Assembly: GCA_963749495.1 (NCBI GenBank)
Contig: CAVVMW010000010.1
Coordinates: 736,862 to 800,861, forward strand
Direction: 5' to 3'
DNA length: 64,000 bases
From: an uncultured bacterium
Lineage (GTDB): Bacteria; Verrucomicrobiota; Verrucomicrobiia; Limisphaerales; UBA8199
Shown: piece after piece, positions 31,236-41,753 of the stretch
Layout: every line of letters starts with the position of its first letter
Position numbering within the stretch: the first letter of the stretch is position 1
The notes under the pieces: model-generated
Told to the model about the DNA's origin: nothing
Database searches by the model: none
Seen by the model: the letters and a program-made list of their open reading frames with translations, nothing else
Program-made: the position numbers and the translations under genes

Positions 31236-32357
31236 ATAGGCATAGCCAGCCCCCTCCTGCTTGCGCTCTTTGTGCTCTGCTGCTCGTCCGCCACGGGGGC
31301 ACCCGCGGACAACTACCTGTTGTGCCTCCAGGACATTGTCCGGCATCGCCAGTCCAATCTGGCAGCGCTGACCGTGTCCGCGGAGCGCGCTGCCGGAGAA
31401 TTTGTATCCAGAGGAAATCTGTGGGCGGCTGGCCATCAGGCCGATTTCACCGCCGAAGCCTGTGGCCGAGCCGGCGGCTTGATGGCCGTCGCCCCTTTGG
31501 GACAGCGATCCCCCACGATCAATGATGTAATCCTTTACGCCGCCCAAAACTCGTTTACTCCGGATGACCTGAGGCTCTTCGATGACTGGCAACGGAAGGG
31601 AGCAACGGTCGTCCGGTTCAGTTCCGCCGCCCGGCCCTACCGGAGCCATTTTCCCGTTGATACCGTCGCCAACGTGGTGGACCTGTGGGCGTGGACGGGG
31701 GAATTCGTGGCGGCCTGCACGCGGCTGGGCAAGATGCGGATTCTCTACCAGAGCTACGGCCTGCCCGGAGGCCCTGAGCGAGGAAAGAAATACCAGGGGA
31801 AGAGGTTCCATGACGATTTGACCATCCGTCCCGTTCCTGCCGGCGAGTTGGGGCGGGACTACCTGGACCGGATTGACTCGATGCTGGCGAAAATCGGCGA
31901 GACTCAAATGCCCAAGCTCCTCCAGGCCGCCGGTTGGTGGCAACAAGCAACCTCGGCGACCATCCTGGTCACCGGGCACATGTTTCCGCTCCACCTGCAG
32001 GACCCGCGCTCGCCTCCCGTGGGCAGTATCGCCGCCGTTCCGGCTTGGGAGGATAAGGACCTCCTGGATGCCAGCCACCCGCCGCAGTTTGTCTTCTATC
32101 TGGGCTATCAGTTCGCGCCTCAGAAACTTCTCAAACAAGCCAAAGCCCTCGGGGTGAAGCTCGTCTATTCCGACGTTCAGCCAGCCCAACCGCCAGAACC
32201 GGCAAGCAATATCCTCTACATTGATTCTGCCTGGCCGCTGGCCGACGGCTGTCTAACTGTGCCGGGCTGTGACGTTCCCATTCTGCCCGCCAGCGGGGTG
32301 ATCCAGGCCGCGATATACTGGACCATCGCCTCGGAGCGCGGCCAGCTCGGGCCATGA
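31236..32357 (+). CDS. Secreted hypothetical protein (SIS-like); start uncertain
   Basis: 3' part of the 845-aa ORF: hydrophobic leader, then EACGRAGGLM and ILPASGVIQ. No canonical start codon at the leader. Confidence 0.6.
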   Translation: MGIASPLLLALFVLCCSSATGAPADNYLLCLQDIVRHRQSNLAALTVSAERAAGEFVSRGNLWAAGHQADFTAEACGRAGGLMAVAPLGQRSPTINDVILYAAQNSFTPDDLRLFDDWQRKGATVVRFSSAARPYRSHFPVDTVANVVDLWAWTGEFVAACTRLGKMRILYQSYGLPGGPERGKKYQGKRFHDDLTIRPVPAGELGRDYLDRIDSMLAKIGETQMPKLLQAAGWWQQATSATILVTGHMFPLHLQDPRSPPVGSIAAVPAWEDKDLLDASHPPQFVFYLGYQFAPQKLLKQAKALGVKLVYSDVQPAQPPEPASNILYIDSAWPLADGCLTVPGCDVPILPASGVIQAAIYWTIASERGQLGP

Positions 32358-32533
32358 TAAAGACCCGATGTGCATCCCCCCATTTCGGCCATCAACTCAT
32401 GGCCGACAAATGGGAGCGGGTGATACGGGGTTTCTGGAAGTGAGAGGCCGATGAACTGCTCCTGGGGTTTTCCTCGGCAGCGCCGTTTCCTTGCCGTGGA
32501 AGGTCGTCGGCGTGTCGCCGACTCCCTGCGTTT

Positions 32534-33973
32534 TCACTGATTGGCGGCCGGGCTGACCTGCTGGCCATAGGGCACCGGTTGGTCCAAGGTGAGTTCGATG
32601 ACCGTGACCGGGTGATCACGTTGGGCGGCGGGAACCGTCAGGTCCAGCCCACGTGGCGTTTGGGCGAAGGAAACCTCCGCTCCGGCAGGGAGGACCCGGG
32701 CCTGGGTGACCTTTTGGGGCATTGCACCGAGACGCAACGTGTCAGAGGGCCAATCAAAGACGTGCATGAAGACGAGGTTCCCTCGATGGGTGCTGCCGCC
32801 CCACTTGCCGTTGGTGAAAGGTCCGCCCCGGGTGCCATAGATGGCAACGCCGTATTTCTTGAGCCAAGCGCCCATCCCCCGCGCGATGGCCACTTCCTCC
32901 GCGCGGAACTCGCCGTACTGGTCCGGGCCGAAGTTCAACAGCAGGTTGCCACCGCCCGAGGCGATGCTCGCCAGCATGCGGATGCATTCTTCCAGCGGAC
33001 GCGTCCTGCCCGTGCTGCGGTAGGACCACCCGTCGCCCTGTGGCGTGGGCGAGAGAATCATGCATGACTCCCAGTCCCGCTTAAGGTTCATGGCGCCGAT
33101 CTGCTGCTCGGGCGTGTCGAAGTCGCCTTCGGTCATATTGCGAATCTCCGGTGAGACGGGTCCACGGTCCTCCGGCGAGGCCGGCCCGCAGAATCGCGCG
33201 GCGCGGTTATTCACCAGCAGGCCAGGCTGAAGCCGGTACATCATCGCAAAGAGTTGGTCGAACCGCCACTTGCCCCAGTCCCGGCCGCCGACGTGGTCGA
33301 ACCACATCACGTCGATCTTGCCGTAATTGCTCAGCAATTCCTCGACCTGGCCACGGTACCAGGCGTCGTACTTCGTGTTGTCGCCCACGAGGTAATCGGG
33401 ATTGTACCAGTCGCGGGTCGAATAATAGAGGCCGACCTTCATGCCGTGCTTGTGGCAGGCGTCCACGAACTGCTTCACGATGTCCCTACCGTAAGGCGTG
33501 CGCGTGATGGAATAGTCACTCAGTTTCGAATCGAACTGCGCGAAACCGTCGTGATGCTTGGAGATGAGCACCATGTATTTCATGCCCGCCTCTTCGGCCA
33601 GTCGCACCCAGGCCTCGGCGTCATACTTCACCGGGTTGAAGCGGCGGAAGTAATTGTCGTAGTCCGGGTCGATCGTGCGGGGACCGTGGTGGTTGATGTC
33701 CCAGGGCCGATTGGCGTGGCGGCCCCAGCCGATCTCCCGGTCGCCCACGGTGCAAGGTCCCCAGTGAATAAACATGCCGAATTTGGCATCGCGGAACCAC
33801 TGCAGGCGAGCGGCGCGCTGCGCGGCGGTCTCGTGGACTTGCGGCACCCGGCTGAGATCAACCACCTGGTCTTTGGCAGTCTGCGCCCGGACAAAAGGCG
33901 CGGCAGCGGCCATTGCCCAAATGGCAAAGTATTGTGGCTTGAGCAAGGATATGTTGGCAAAGCGCGTGTTCAT
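32534..33973 (-). CDS. Alpha-L-fucosidase (GH29)
   Basis: WFRDAKFGMFIHWG, KHHDGF, WFD and GGNLLLN. Confidence 0.95.
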   Translation of the reverse strand: MNTRFANISLLKPQYFAIWAMAAAAPFVRAQTAKDQVVDLSRVPQVHETAAQRAARLQWFRDAKFGMFIHWGPCTVGDREIGWGRHANRPWDINHHGPRTIDPDYDNYFRRFNPVKYDAEAWVRLAEEAGMKYMVLISKHHDGFAQFDSKLSDYSITRTPYGRDIVKQFVDACHKHGMKVGLYYSTRDWYNPDYLVGDNTKYDAWYRGQVEELLSNYGKIDVMWFDHVGGRDWGKWRFDQLFAMMYRLQPGLLVNNRAARFCGPASPEDRGPVSPEIRNMTEGDFDTPEQQIGAMNLKRDWESCMILSPTPQGDGWSYRSTGRTRPLEECIRMLASIASGGGNLLLNFGPDQYGEFRAEEVAIARGMGAWLKKYGVAIYGTRGGPFTNGKWGGSTHRGNLVFMHVFDWPSDTLRLGAMPQKVTQARVLPAGAEVSFAQTPRGLDLTVPAAQRDHPVTVIELTLDQPVPYGQQVSPAANQ

Positions 33974-33979
33974 GCGAAT

Positions 33980-35174
33980 TCAGTGATCTCCTTCGATCCC
34001 CGCAGCCCCAAGGCCCAAGACCCTGAACTCGTGGCCCGTGCTTTGCGGGTTCTTCTCCGGCAGCAATTCGATCCTCACCTTGTGCTTGCCCGGCCCGAGG
34101 TCCCGTGCCAAGACGGTAGTCTGGCGATAGCCGCCCCAAGTTTGATCGAACCAGGCCTCTCGTACCAGGGGCGGCTGGTCATCCGCTCGAACCTTGGCCT
34201 GGCCCATAGGGCCGCGAATGTGCCAGTCCATCAGCAACACCACCTTGCCCGCCACTTCAAATTCGATGAGGCTGCCTGGTTGCTCGGCTGCCCAGGTACT
34301 CGCCTCCCGGCCGAGCAGCCTCGAAAGTCCAACCCTGGTTGCTGAGCGGCTTGAGGGCGCCCGCCTCGAAGAGCGCCACGTGTTCGAACTGATCGCTGAT
34401 GAGCGGCTGGGGTACGGGCTTGATTTGTGGCAGTCCTTCGTCGGCGGGCAGAGCAGCCAGCACCTGCTCCAGCAGCTGCGTAACGAAGTGCGCGCAGTAC
34501 TCATGGCCGCGGTCATTGGGATGCACCACATCCGCCTCCACGTCGCTCCACCTCATTCGTCCTGCCTTGATTTCCGGCCAGAGCGCATCGCGAAAGCTCA
34601 CCATTAGCAGGTCGTAGTGCCGGCCCACCTTGGCCTGCCATTCCTGGGCGTTGCCGCCGTCCTGGTTCATTGTAAAGAGCAGGACGATCGCGGGATGGTT
34701 CGACTCTCTCAGAATCTGCCGGATGAGCCCCTCGAACGACTCGGCGGCGGCCTGGGTGTTGGGGTCATTGACGGCGTATTCCACAACCACGAAGTCCGGA
34801 TGATGCGAGAGCAAATCCCGCTTTGCCCGGAGCGCACCATAGTCCGAGCCGGTCGCGCCAATGCCGGCGTTGACGAAGCGGATCGTGGCCTTGGGGAAGG
34901 TCTGTCGCCACCAGGCCGCAACGCGGTCTCCGTAACGGCGCTCCGGTTGGCTGGCGCCCGCCCCGCCGGTGATCGAGCCTCCAATGGCGCCGACCGTGAC
35001 TGGTTCTCCATGGCGCGCCTTGGCGAAGGTGTGCTGAAGGCGCGCCGGGTCACCCGGGCTGACCAGGGAGTGTGCAAACAGACCGGCTTCGCCGACGGGC
35101 ACGGCTTCGGCGTTTAGAACGGCCCTTGTCGGGTGGAATCGGGGCGTGAGCGCAGGCGAGGATCTCGTCGCCAC
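33980..35174 (-). pseudogene. SGNH/GDSL hydrolase, 5'-truncated next to ISAs1 and frameshifted near 34300
   Basis: GGSIT, NAGIGATGS, VEYAVND and DVVHPN; the C-terminus continues in ORF 33980-34531. Confidence 0.8.
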
Positions 35175-35325
35175 AACGGCTCGCGCACTGTGAATTGCCA
35201 GGCTGTTATAGGAAGGATTTGCTCAGATCCGGGCAGCAATGTGGGAAGCCATAGAAACGTCCGGCATGCAGAGAGACCAGACCGATCAGAGCCGAACCGA
35301 TGCTCAGACTCAGGGGAGCACCCCA

Positions 35326-37243
35326 TCAGGTGTTATTGAGCAGAGGACGACCGACCAGGTCGATGGCCAAGCGGCGATTGTTCCTGGCGGCACAGCGAAA
35401 GCGTGGCAGATAGGAGGTGGCTTTGTGCTGGCGGGCAGCATCCAGGGCACAGAGGCCGATGACCAGGTTGCGCAAGGCACCCAGGTTTTGCGGGCCGTGG
35501 CCGGTGCGGACGGTGCAAGCATCTTCGCCGAAAGTGACATCGCGCACGTAGTGGACCGACTCGATGCTCCAATGGCCACGGCGAAAGGCCTGCAATTGCG
35601 CCGCATCCATCTGCGCATTGGGGCGGCTGCTCAAGACCAGTTCGGCCTCCTCGGTAACGCGAACGGCTTTGAGATGGTGAGTAGTGCGCACGATGACGGC
35701 GGCTTGGAGGGCGTGTGGGAAGCCGCACTGTTGGGGTGTGACTTCAAAGGGCCAGACCTCGCGGGTTTCATGCCGTCCATGGCCTTGGTCAATCGTGATG
35801 TGCTCAGGGGGAAAAAACGCCTTTCGGCGCGTGAGACAGGCGGGCCAGTTTGTCGAAGAGCTTGGGTTGATTGGCTTTGACGACCAGGAGGTAGTCGGCC
35901 TTTTTTTCCTCGACCACATGGTCGGCGGTGGCGGTCTGAGTATTGAGCGCGTCGGCGCTGACCAAGGTGCCGCGCAGGTCCAAGTCCCGGAGCAGGTCCT
36001 TGAGGGTGGGTATTTCATTGGTCTTGGCCGGGATTTGGATTTGGCGGCAAAAGAGTTGGGTTTGGGTGTCCAGGGCGCCGAAGAGTTGGATGCCTTGTCC
36101 GTTGATTTTGGCGGCGGTGCGGGCACATTTGCCATCGACGGCCAGTGCGGCGATGCCCGCGTTCTTGAGGTGGGAGCGCAGCCAATCGTTGATCAGCCTG
36201 TCCAATTCTGTCGGGTCCAGGCGCTGGAGGATTCGGCGGATGGTCGTTTCGCTGGGAGGGATGAACTTGCGGGTCTTGCGGCAACGGCAGGCGCGCAGGC
36301 TGCGGAGTTGGTTTTGGTTGAGGGACTGGGAGAACTCGCCGATATCGATCAGGGAGTTGTTGCCCGCAATCATCGCGGCGGCAGCAATGGCCACAATGGA
36401 GGCGACGCGGCGATGGCGCCAACCCCGGTAGCGGCGGGGGTCGTGGAGTGGGGCCAGGGCGTGGAGCAAGCTTTGGGTTTGTTTTCCGCTCAAAGGATAT
36501 TCCTGAGGCGGGGGCTCTCGGCGATAGGGCGCCCAAGCTGCCGGCATGAGCGGAGCCGAGAGGATCTGGCGGGCGTTGCGGACCAGCGGATACACGAAGA
36601 TGGCTTTGGGCTGCTGGTGGAGTTGATAGAAATCCAGGCGGGAGCGTCCCCAGCCTTTGGTCACGCCGATTTCAAACCAATTGGCGGCACGATAACAGGT
36701 GCCTTCGAACCGTTTGGGGTCCACATAGGTTTCGACCAAGGCGATGGGGTGGCCGTAGTGTTCCAGCCAGTCGGCACTGAGGCGCTGGAGGTTGAGGCTC
36801 AGGCAGTGGGAAGCCAGGTTGGGCGAGCGGCCTTTGGGCCTAAGCAGCGCGAAGCGAGCGTTGCAGGCCAGCAGGTGGCGTCCGGCCTGTCGCTGAGCGT
36901 CGGTCCAGCCGATCCAGGCATCGCGGGGCCGCAGATGGAAGGCGGCGCTGGACCAACCCAACAGGCCGATCCATCGCCCCTTTTTCTTGATCACATAGCG
37001 AAGCGACTCGCCGACCATGCGATGCTCTTTGAGGTAATGGTGTTTTCGGATCAGTTTGTTCCACCGAGCTTCCTCCTCAAGGCTCTTGACCAACTCGACG
37101 GTGATCGTCTTATCGGTGGTCTCTCGGAGGATTTGGGTGACGAGGTCCTCAGGTTTGGAGGTCCGTTTTATCTGTGCAGGACAAATCATGCCGCCGAGTT
37201 TGGCAGCCTCGGGGGGCTTTGTCCAGTCCCACGTTATATCCAA
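35326..37243 (-). mobile_element. ISAs1-family transposase with N-terminal DUF4338 (DruA-like) domain, split at TTTTTTCCCCCTGA
   Basis: HHYL and LVETYVDP..FEGTCYRAANW (DUF4338); AVDGK, KTNEI, DALNTQ and RGHWSIE..HYVRDVTFGED (ISAs1). Confidence 0.9.
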
Positions 37244-38096
37244 TTGATCAGCAACAACTTACGCAATGATCCGCCGAAGCCGTGGCAAAAACCCCCACTT
37301 GCTCGACGGGACGACAAATACCTACCGCACTGATAAGTTTCTTGATTGGTGACAGTCGTCTTACGGTGGCTCCTGGGCTCGCAATCTCGCACCACTGTTT
37401 CAATCCAGACTTCTGCACAGCGTGCTCCTCATGTGTCCCTCATCGTCAGCCGGTCCAAGAGTCCGATAGCCCTTGAGTGCCATAGAGTGCGAATATATAC
37501 CCTAACGTTGCATAAAAATGGCCCTTTTTGCAACCAATGGGAGCATTCTTTAGGACTGCGGTGGCTCGCGTGGCCTGTGCCTCGGCAAGCGCGAGCGGCG
37601 AGCGGGCAGCCGCAGAGCGCAACCACGGCGAGGAACGACCAGTGGAAGGAATTGGGGAGGAGAAGGAAGGCTACTCCGGCACGCACTTTAGCGTTGCAGC
37701 CGGGTCTGTAGGCTTAAGAAAGCTGGGTGGCTACGCCTGGAGGTAGCTGCGGAAGATCTGTTCCACCACTTTGTTGGCGGTCAACGTCAGGGTCAGGCGG
37801 CCATTGGTCCGGGTGAGTCGTCCCGCCCGTTGGATGAACTTGCGCCGCATCATCTCCAAGCCCTCAAAGATCCACAAGGCACTGCGCTTGTGGGCGGTGG
37901 CGCGTTCCGGGGCGCGGGCGTCCCTCTGTAACTCCCGGCCCAGGTTGTGGGCCAGCACGGCACAGAGCAGGTACATCTTGTTGGTCACCCATTTGCGACC
38001 CGGCAAGTAATCCATCTGGGCTTGGTCTTTGAGTTCGCCCAAGAGCTTCTCCTGCTGCCCTCGGCCCTCATGGAAGCGGACGACGTTCAGGGCCAG

Positions 38097-38116
38097 CCTG
38101 CCTGCCGGCAGGCAGG
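38097..38116. repeat. 20-bp perfect palindrome insertion CCTGCCTGCCGGCAGGCAGG
   Basis: Removal restores VTNKTGLALNVVRFH. Confidence 0.92.
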
Positions 38117-38993
38117 CCCGGTCTTGTTGGTCACGATCACCTTGAATTCAAATCCCGTCTGGTGGGGTTCGAAGATGTCTAACTGGATGGGACCCTTCTG
38201 TTGCACGGTGCTCTCCTGGCGAATGAAGATGAACCGGCGGGGCGTTTCCCAGCACTTGGGCTTCCAGAGCTTGAGGAAATACCGCAGTTTACCGTCCACC
38301 GTGGCCGGCCACCACACGCGCCGGTCCTGGATCAGAGCCTTGAGTCTCCACAAAACGCTCGAAGGGGACCGACACGGTGAATTCCACGTCGAGTTGCTCC
38401 AGCGCCCAAATGGGTGAATTCCACGTCGAGTTGCTCCAGCGCCCCAACCATCTCATCACTGAAAAAGGCGCTATCCATCCGGACCTCGATCTGGACTCCG
38501 GGCAGGGCTTGGCGCAGGCGCCCCACACATTGGCGCACAAACTCTACGGCTCCATTGGAGTCGTGCACGTTGCCCGAGCGGTGCAACACGTCCAGGACTT
38601 GCGCCGTCTGCGCCACGGTGCAGAAGAGGGGGTAGTAGCTCCGGGCGCCCTTCTTCTGCTTGTTGAAGCCCACTGCGGTTCCTTCGGCGTGTTTGCTGGC
38701 CCACAGGACGCTGCCGTCGAAGTCCAAGGTCACGCGCGCGAGCCCCTCCTGTGCCAGTCGTCCCAGGACCTGCTGGCGATTCAACCCCTGGTGGGCGGCC
38801 ACCGCCGGTTCATCGAAGTCGGCCAGAATGCGGCTGAGGGTCGAAACGTCCGGGAGCGCCTTGAGACCCAGCACGCGCCGCACCAGCGGGTCCTCTTTAT
38901 AGAATTGGATGTCGCGCAGCTTGCGAAAGCCCAGGAGCAGGTGCACGATGAGCCAGAGCACAACCACGTGCGGCTGATAGAGGGTCTTGCCGG

Positions 38994-39013
38994 CCTGCCT
39001 GCCGACAGGCAGG
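38994..39013. repeat. 20-bp palindrome insertion variant CCTGCCTGCCGACAGGCAGG
   Basis: Removal restores SAHLAGKTLYQPH. Confidence 0.92.
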
Positions 39014-39219
39014 CCAGATGGGCCGAGCACTGGTGCAAGCGCTCCTTGAGTTGGATTTTGCCGAAGAGTTGCTGGAAGATGAGCAAACCGCCGAAGCTGG
39101 TCAGTTGTTGTTCCTGGAATTGCACCTGCGGCATCGAGGAGGCTCTCGTATAGATTTGCTGCTGGCTAAGTCTCATGGGAGAAGGGTTTGAGGTGAAAGG
39201 AGGGGGGGCGGGTGGAGGC

Positions 39220-39591
39220 TCACTTGGGTTGGAGCGTGGCGGTGTCTCTGGCGGCTTGGAGCCTCAGTTGGGCTGCCTGGAGGGCTAACTCGACCCATTG
39301 TGCCGTCAGCTTGCGAGAGGTTCTATAAGTGGCCAGTTCGGCCTTGACCTGAGCGACAAAGCCGGGGCGGATGAACTGGCTGGTGCTCTTGCGGCGATGC
39401 ACCCAACTCAGTTGGTAATAGGGGCCGTGGCGTCGGGGTTTTTCGGGGTCCTTACAACGGCAGCCCGGCTTGCCGCAGACGTTATACTGCCGGGAAAGGC
39501 TTCCGGGACGCATATCGCCCAAGGCGGCGAGTTGGGTTTTGATGTGTTGGATACGAGCTTCGATTTGCGGGATAGAGATCGTTTTCTTCAT
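39220..39591 (-). CDS. DUF6788-family IS accessory protein
   Basis: GSL...CGKPGCRC...HGPYY motif, directly upstream of the transposase. Confidence 0.85.
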   Translation of the reverse strand: MKKTISIPQIEARIQHIKTQLAALGDMRPGSLSRQYNVCGKPGCRCKDPEKPRRHGPYYQLSWVHRRKSTSQFIRPGFVAQVKAELATYRTSRKLTAQWVELALQAAQLRLQAARDTATLQPK

Positions 39592-39869
39592 GTCCGATAC
39601 ATAATATAGGCTATCGGAAATGTCAAGCCCCAAATCGCAGATTTTTCTCACCAGTCCGAAACGCGAACCTACCGCTCGCCAAACCTCACTTTTAGTGGCT
39701 CTTGCGGGGCGTTAGGAACGGAACTCAGCAGGAGTATTCTGGCTGCACGGGCGGCCACTTTTGAGGGGTAAGGCCGATTGGACGGCTATGTTTTTATGCA
39801 ACCTGGGGGTTTACGAACCTGCACAGTTTCACACTTGGGGTGCTTGGCCGAGGCGGTGGTCCGTGTTAG

Positions 39870-40707
39870 GGAGTGGTGCTGTCCGGCAATAAACTGTACC
39901 GGCACCACGCTGGGTGGGGGGAGCGCGGGTGCCGGCGCGGTCTTTGCCCTCAACACCGACGGCACGGGTTTCACCAACCTGCACGCTTTCACGGCACCCT
40001 CCGGCGCGGATTCCACGAACAGCGACGGAGACGCTCCGAATGGCGAGCTGCTCTTATCGGGCGGCACGCTGTATGGAACAGCCTGTTTCGCCGGCAGCGC
40101 AGGCAATGGCACGCTGTTTGCCATCGGCATCGACGGCACCGGCTTTACGAATCTGCACACGTTCACGGCCACCTCCGGCCCCAATGCCCCCAACAGCGAT
40201 GGGGCTAACCCGACGCGCACCTTGATTCTGTCAGGCAGCACGCTCTATGGAACGACAATTTACGGCGGCAGCGGGGGCAGTGGCACCGTGTTTGCCGTCA
40301 ACACCAACGGCACGGGTTTTACGACCCTTTATAGTTTCACGCCCACCTCCGGCCCCAATTCCACGAACAGCGACGGAGCTAACCTGCCCTCCGAATTGGT
40401 TTTATCCGGCACCACGCTCTATGGAACGGCGGCCAATGGCGGCACTGAAGGCCACGGCACCGTGTTCAGTCTTTCCTTCCCCCCTCCTCGACTCACCGCC
40501 GCGGCTTCCGGGGCCGGCGTTATTCTCACCTGGCCGGCTAATTACGCCGGGTTCGATTACAGCGGCTATGTCTTGCAATCCACCGCGCAACTTGGCCCCT
40601 CGGCGGTCTGGACGACCAATTCCACGGCTCCAGTCATCGTCAACGGCCTGAGCACCGTGACCAATCCCATCTCCGGCCCCGCGCGGTTCTTCCGGTTGAG
40701 TCAATAA
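39870..40707 (+). pseudogene. GloVer-type tandem-repeat secreted protein, 5'-truncated
   Basis: Repeats LSGxTLYGT..GG..G.GTVF..NTDGTGFT.LH.F; frameshift near 39899; FFRL tail. Confidence 0.8.
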
Positions 40708-40729
40708 TGAAGGCGCGACGATCACGGGC

Positions 40730-40985
40730 GATTATCATCGCGGAGCCATCTACCACGGGTTTATGCTCAGCCTTGGCAACCTCTCCGCATACACGATCAT
40801 CGAGGACCCATTGGGCCTGCACGGAACCTACCTCCAAGGCATCTGGGGGAACAGCATCTGGGGGAACAGCATCGTGGGGGATTTTACCGATGCCAACGGC
40901 ACTGGTCACGGCTTCGCGGCGACTCCTATACCGCGGTCGGCCATCACGCGGTCGGGCGACAACCTAACCATCTCCTGGCCATATA
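40730..40985 (+). pseudogene. Fragment of an extracellular repeat protein
   Basis: YHGF...GTYLQGIWGNSIVGDF...HGF...ITRSGDNLTISWP; contains a 15-bp tandem duplication. Confidence 0.55.
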
Positions 40986-41041
40986 ATGAAAACCAAATGA
41001 TGATGTAACCTTCTGTATGGCATTAACGTCTCTGCTTTCGT

Positions 41042-41360
41042 ATGCTGAGGCCTTTGAGGAAGGGCAAGTGGGATTTCACAGCGGCGGCGCACCTGCTGAA
41101 TCGTGCCCGGTTTCGCGGGCCGCCGGCGGAGATTCGACGGCTGGTGGAGTTGGGCCTGGACCGGGCGGTCGCCCGCCTGGTGGATTATGAGGAGATTCCA
41201 GACCCGACGCCGGCGCCCGACTGGGCAAAACCGGACCCTGGCCGAGCCGAGCGGTTCCGCGCCGCACGCGAGGCGGGACCGGAGGCGCTGCGGCAGGCGC
41301 AGCGGGAGGAGCAGCAGGCACAGCGGCGGCTCATGCTGGAATTGCGGAGTTGGTCGCTGG
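41042..41360 (+). pseudogene. DUF1800-family N-terminal fragment
   Basis: WDFTAAAHLLNRA.F.G...GLDRAVARLV; truncated at about 105 aa. Confidence 0.7.
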
Positions 41361-41389
41361 GGCGGTCGAAATCTCGCCACCACTGCCCC

Positions 41390-41710
41390 TCAGTAACCGA
41401 GTTGGGCTTTCTTCTGAGCGGCAGTGGCCAGTGGCTCTTTTTTGTGCTCCACGGGTTGCTGGCCTGCCTCTTTCGCCCGTTTGGCCTCCATCGCGTTGAA
41501 TTCCTGGTCGCATTGATACTCCGCCGGCAAATCCGATTCGGCGTAGATTGCCTGCACCGGACATTGCTCCACGCACGCCGTGCAATCAATGCACTCCTCC
41601 GGGTGAATGACCAGTTGATTCTCCAGTTCGTAGAAGCAGGCTACGGGACAGACTTCCACACAGTTGGTGAACTTGCACCCGTTGCATTTGTTGGTAACGA
41701 CATGTGCCAT
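41390..41710 (-). CDS. Dicluster ferredoxin (FdxA-like)
   Basis: CNGCKFTNCVEVCP and CIDCTACVEQCP. Confidence 0.92.
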   Translation of the reverse strand: MAHVVTNKCNGCKFTNCVEVCPVACFYELENQLVIHPEECIDCTACVEQCPVQAIYAESDLPAEYQCDQEFNAMEAKRAKEAGQQPVEHKKEPLATAAQKKAQLGY

Positions 41711-41753
41711 AATACCTCGACGATGTTGGATTTCCTTGGCGACAGAATCGTCT

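Larger units (their letters stand above)
37731..39176 (-). pseudogene. IS1380-family DDE transposase with two palindrome insertions and a 32-bp duplication
   Basis: LTSFGGL, TLDFDGS, SYYPL, RMDSAF and FHEGRGQQEKLLGELK. Confidence 0.9.
37501..39808 (-). mobile_element. IS1380-family element with accessory gene
   Basis: Terminal inverted core gttgcataaaaa (37507-37518) and tttttatgcaac (39791-39802). Exact ends are approximate. Confidence 0.7.

Noticed and set aside
29799..32357. Two overlapping antisense ORFs of 796 and 845 aa
   Set aside because: Each is a real gene extended by the stop-free antisense shadow of its divergent neighbour in GC-rich DNA.
36500..37243. DruA-like domain as a Druantia defence system
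   Set aside because: It is fused to a transposase, and no DruE helicase or other Dru genes are present.
35684..37333. 549-aa ORF on the + strand
   Set aside because: Antisense shadow of the ISAs1 transposase, with no recognisable motifs.
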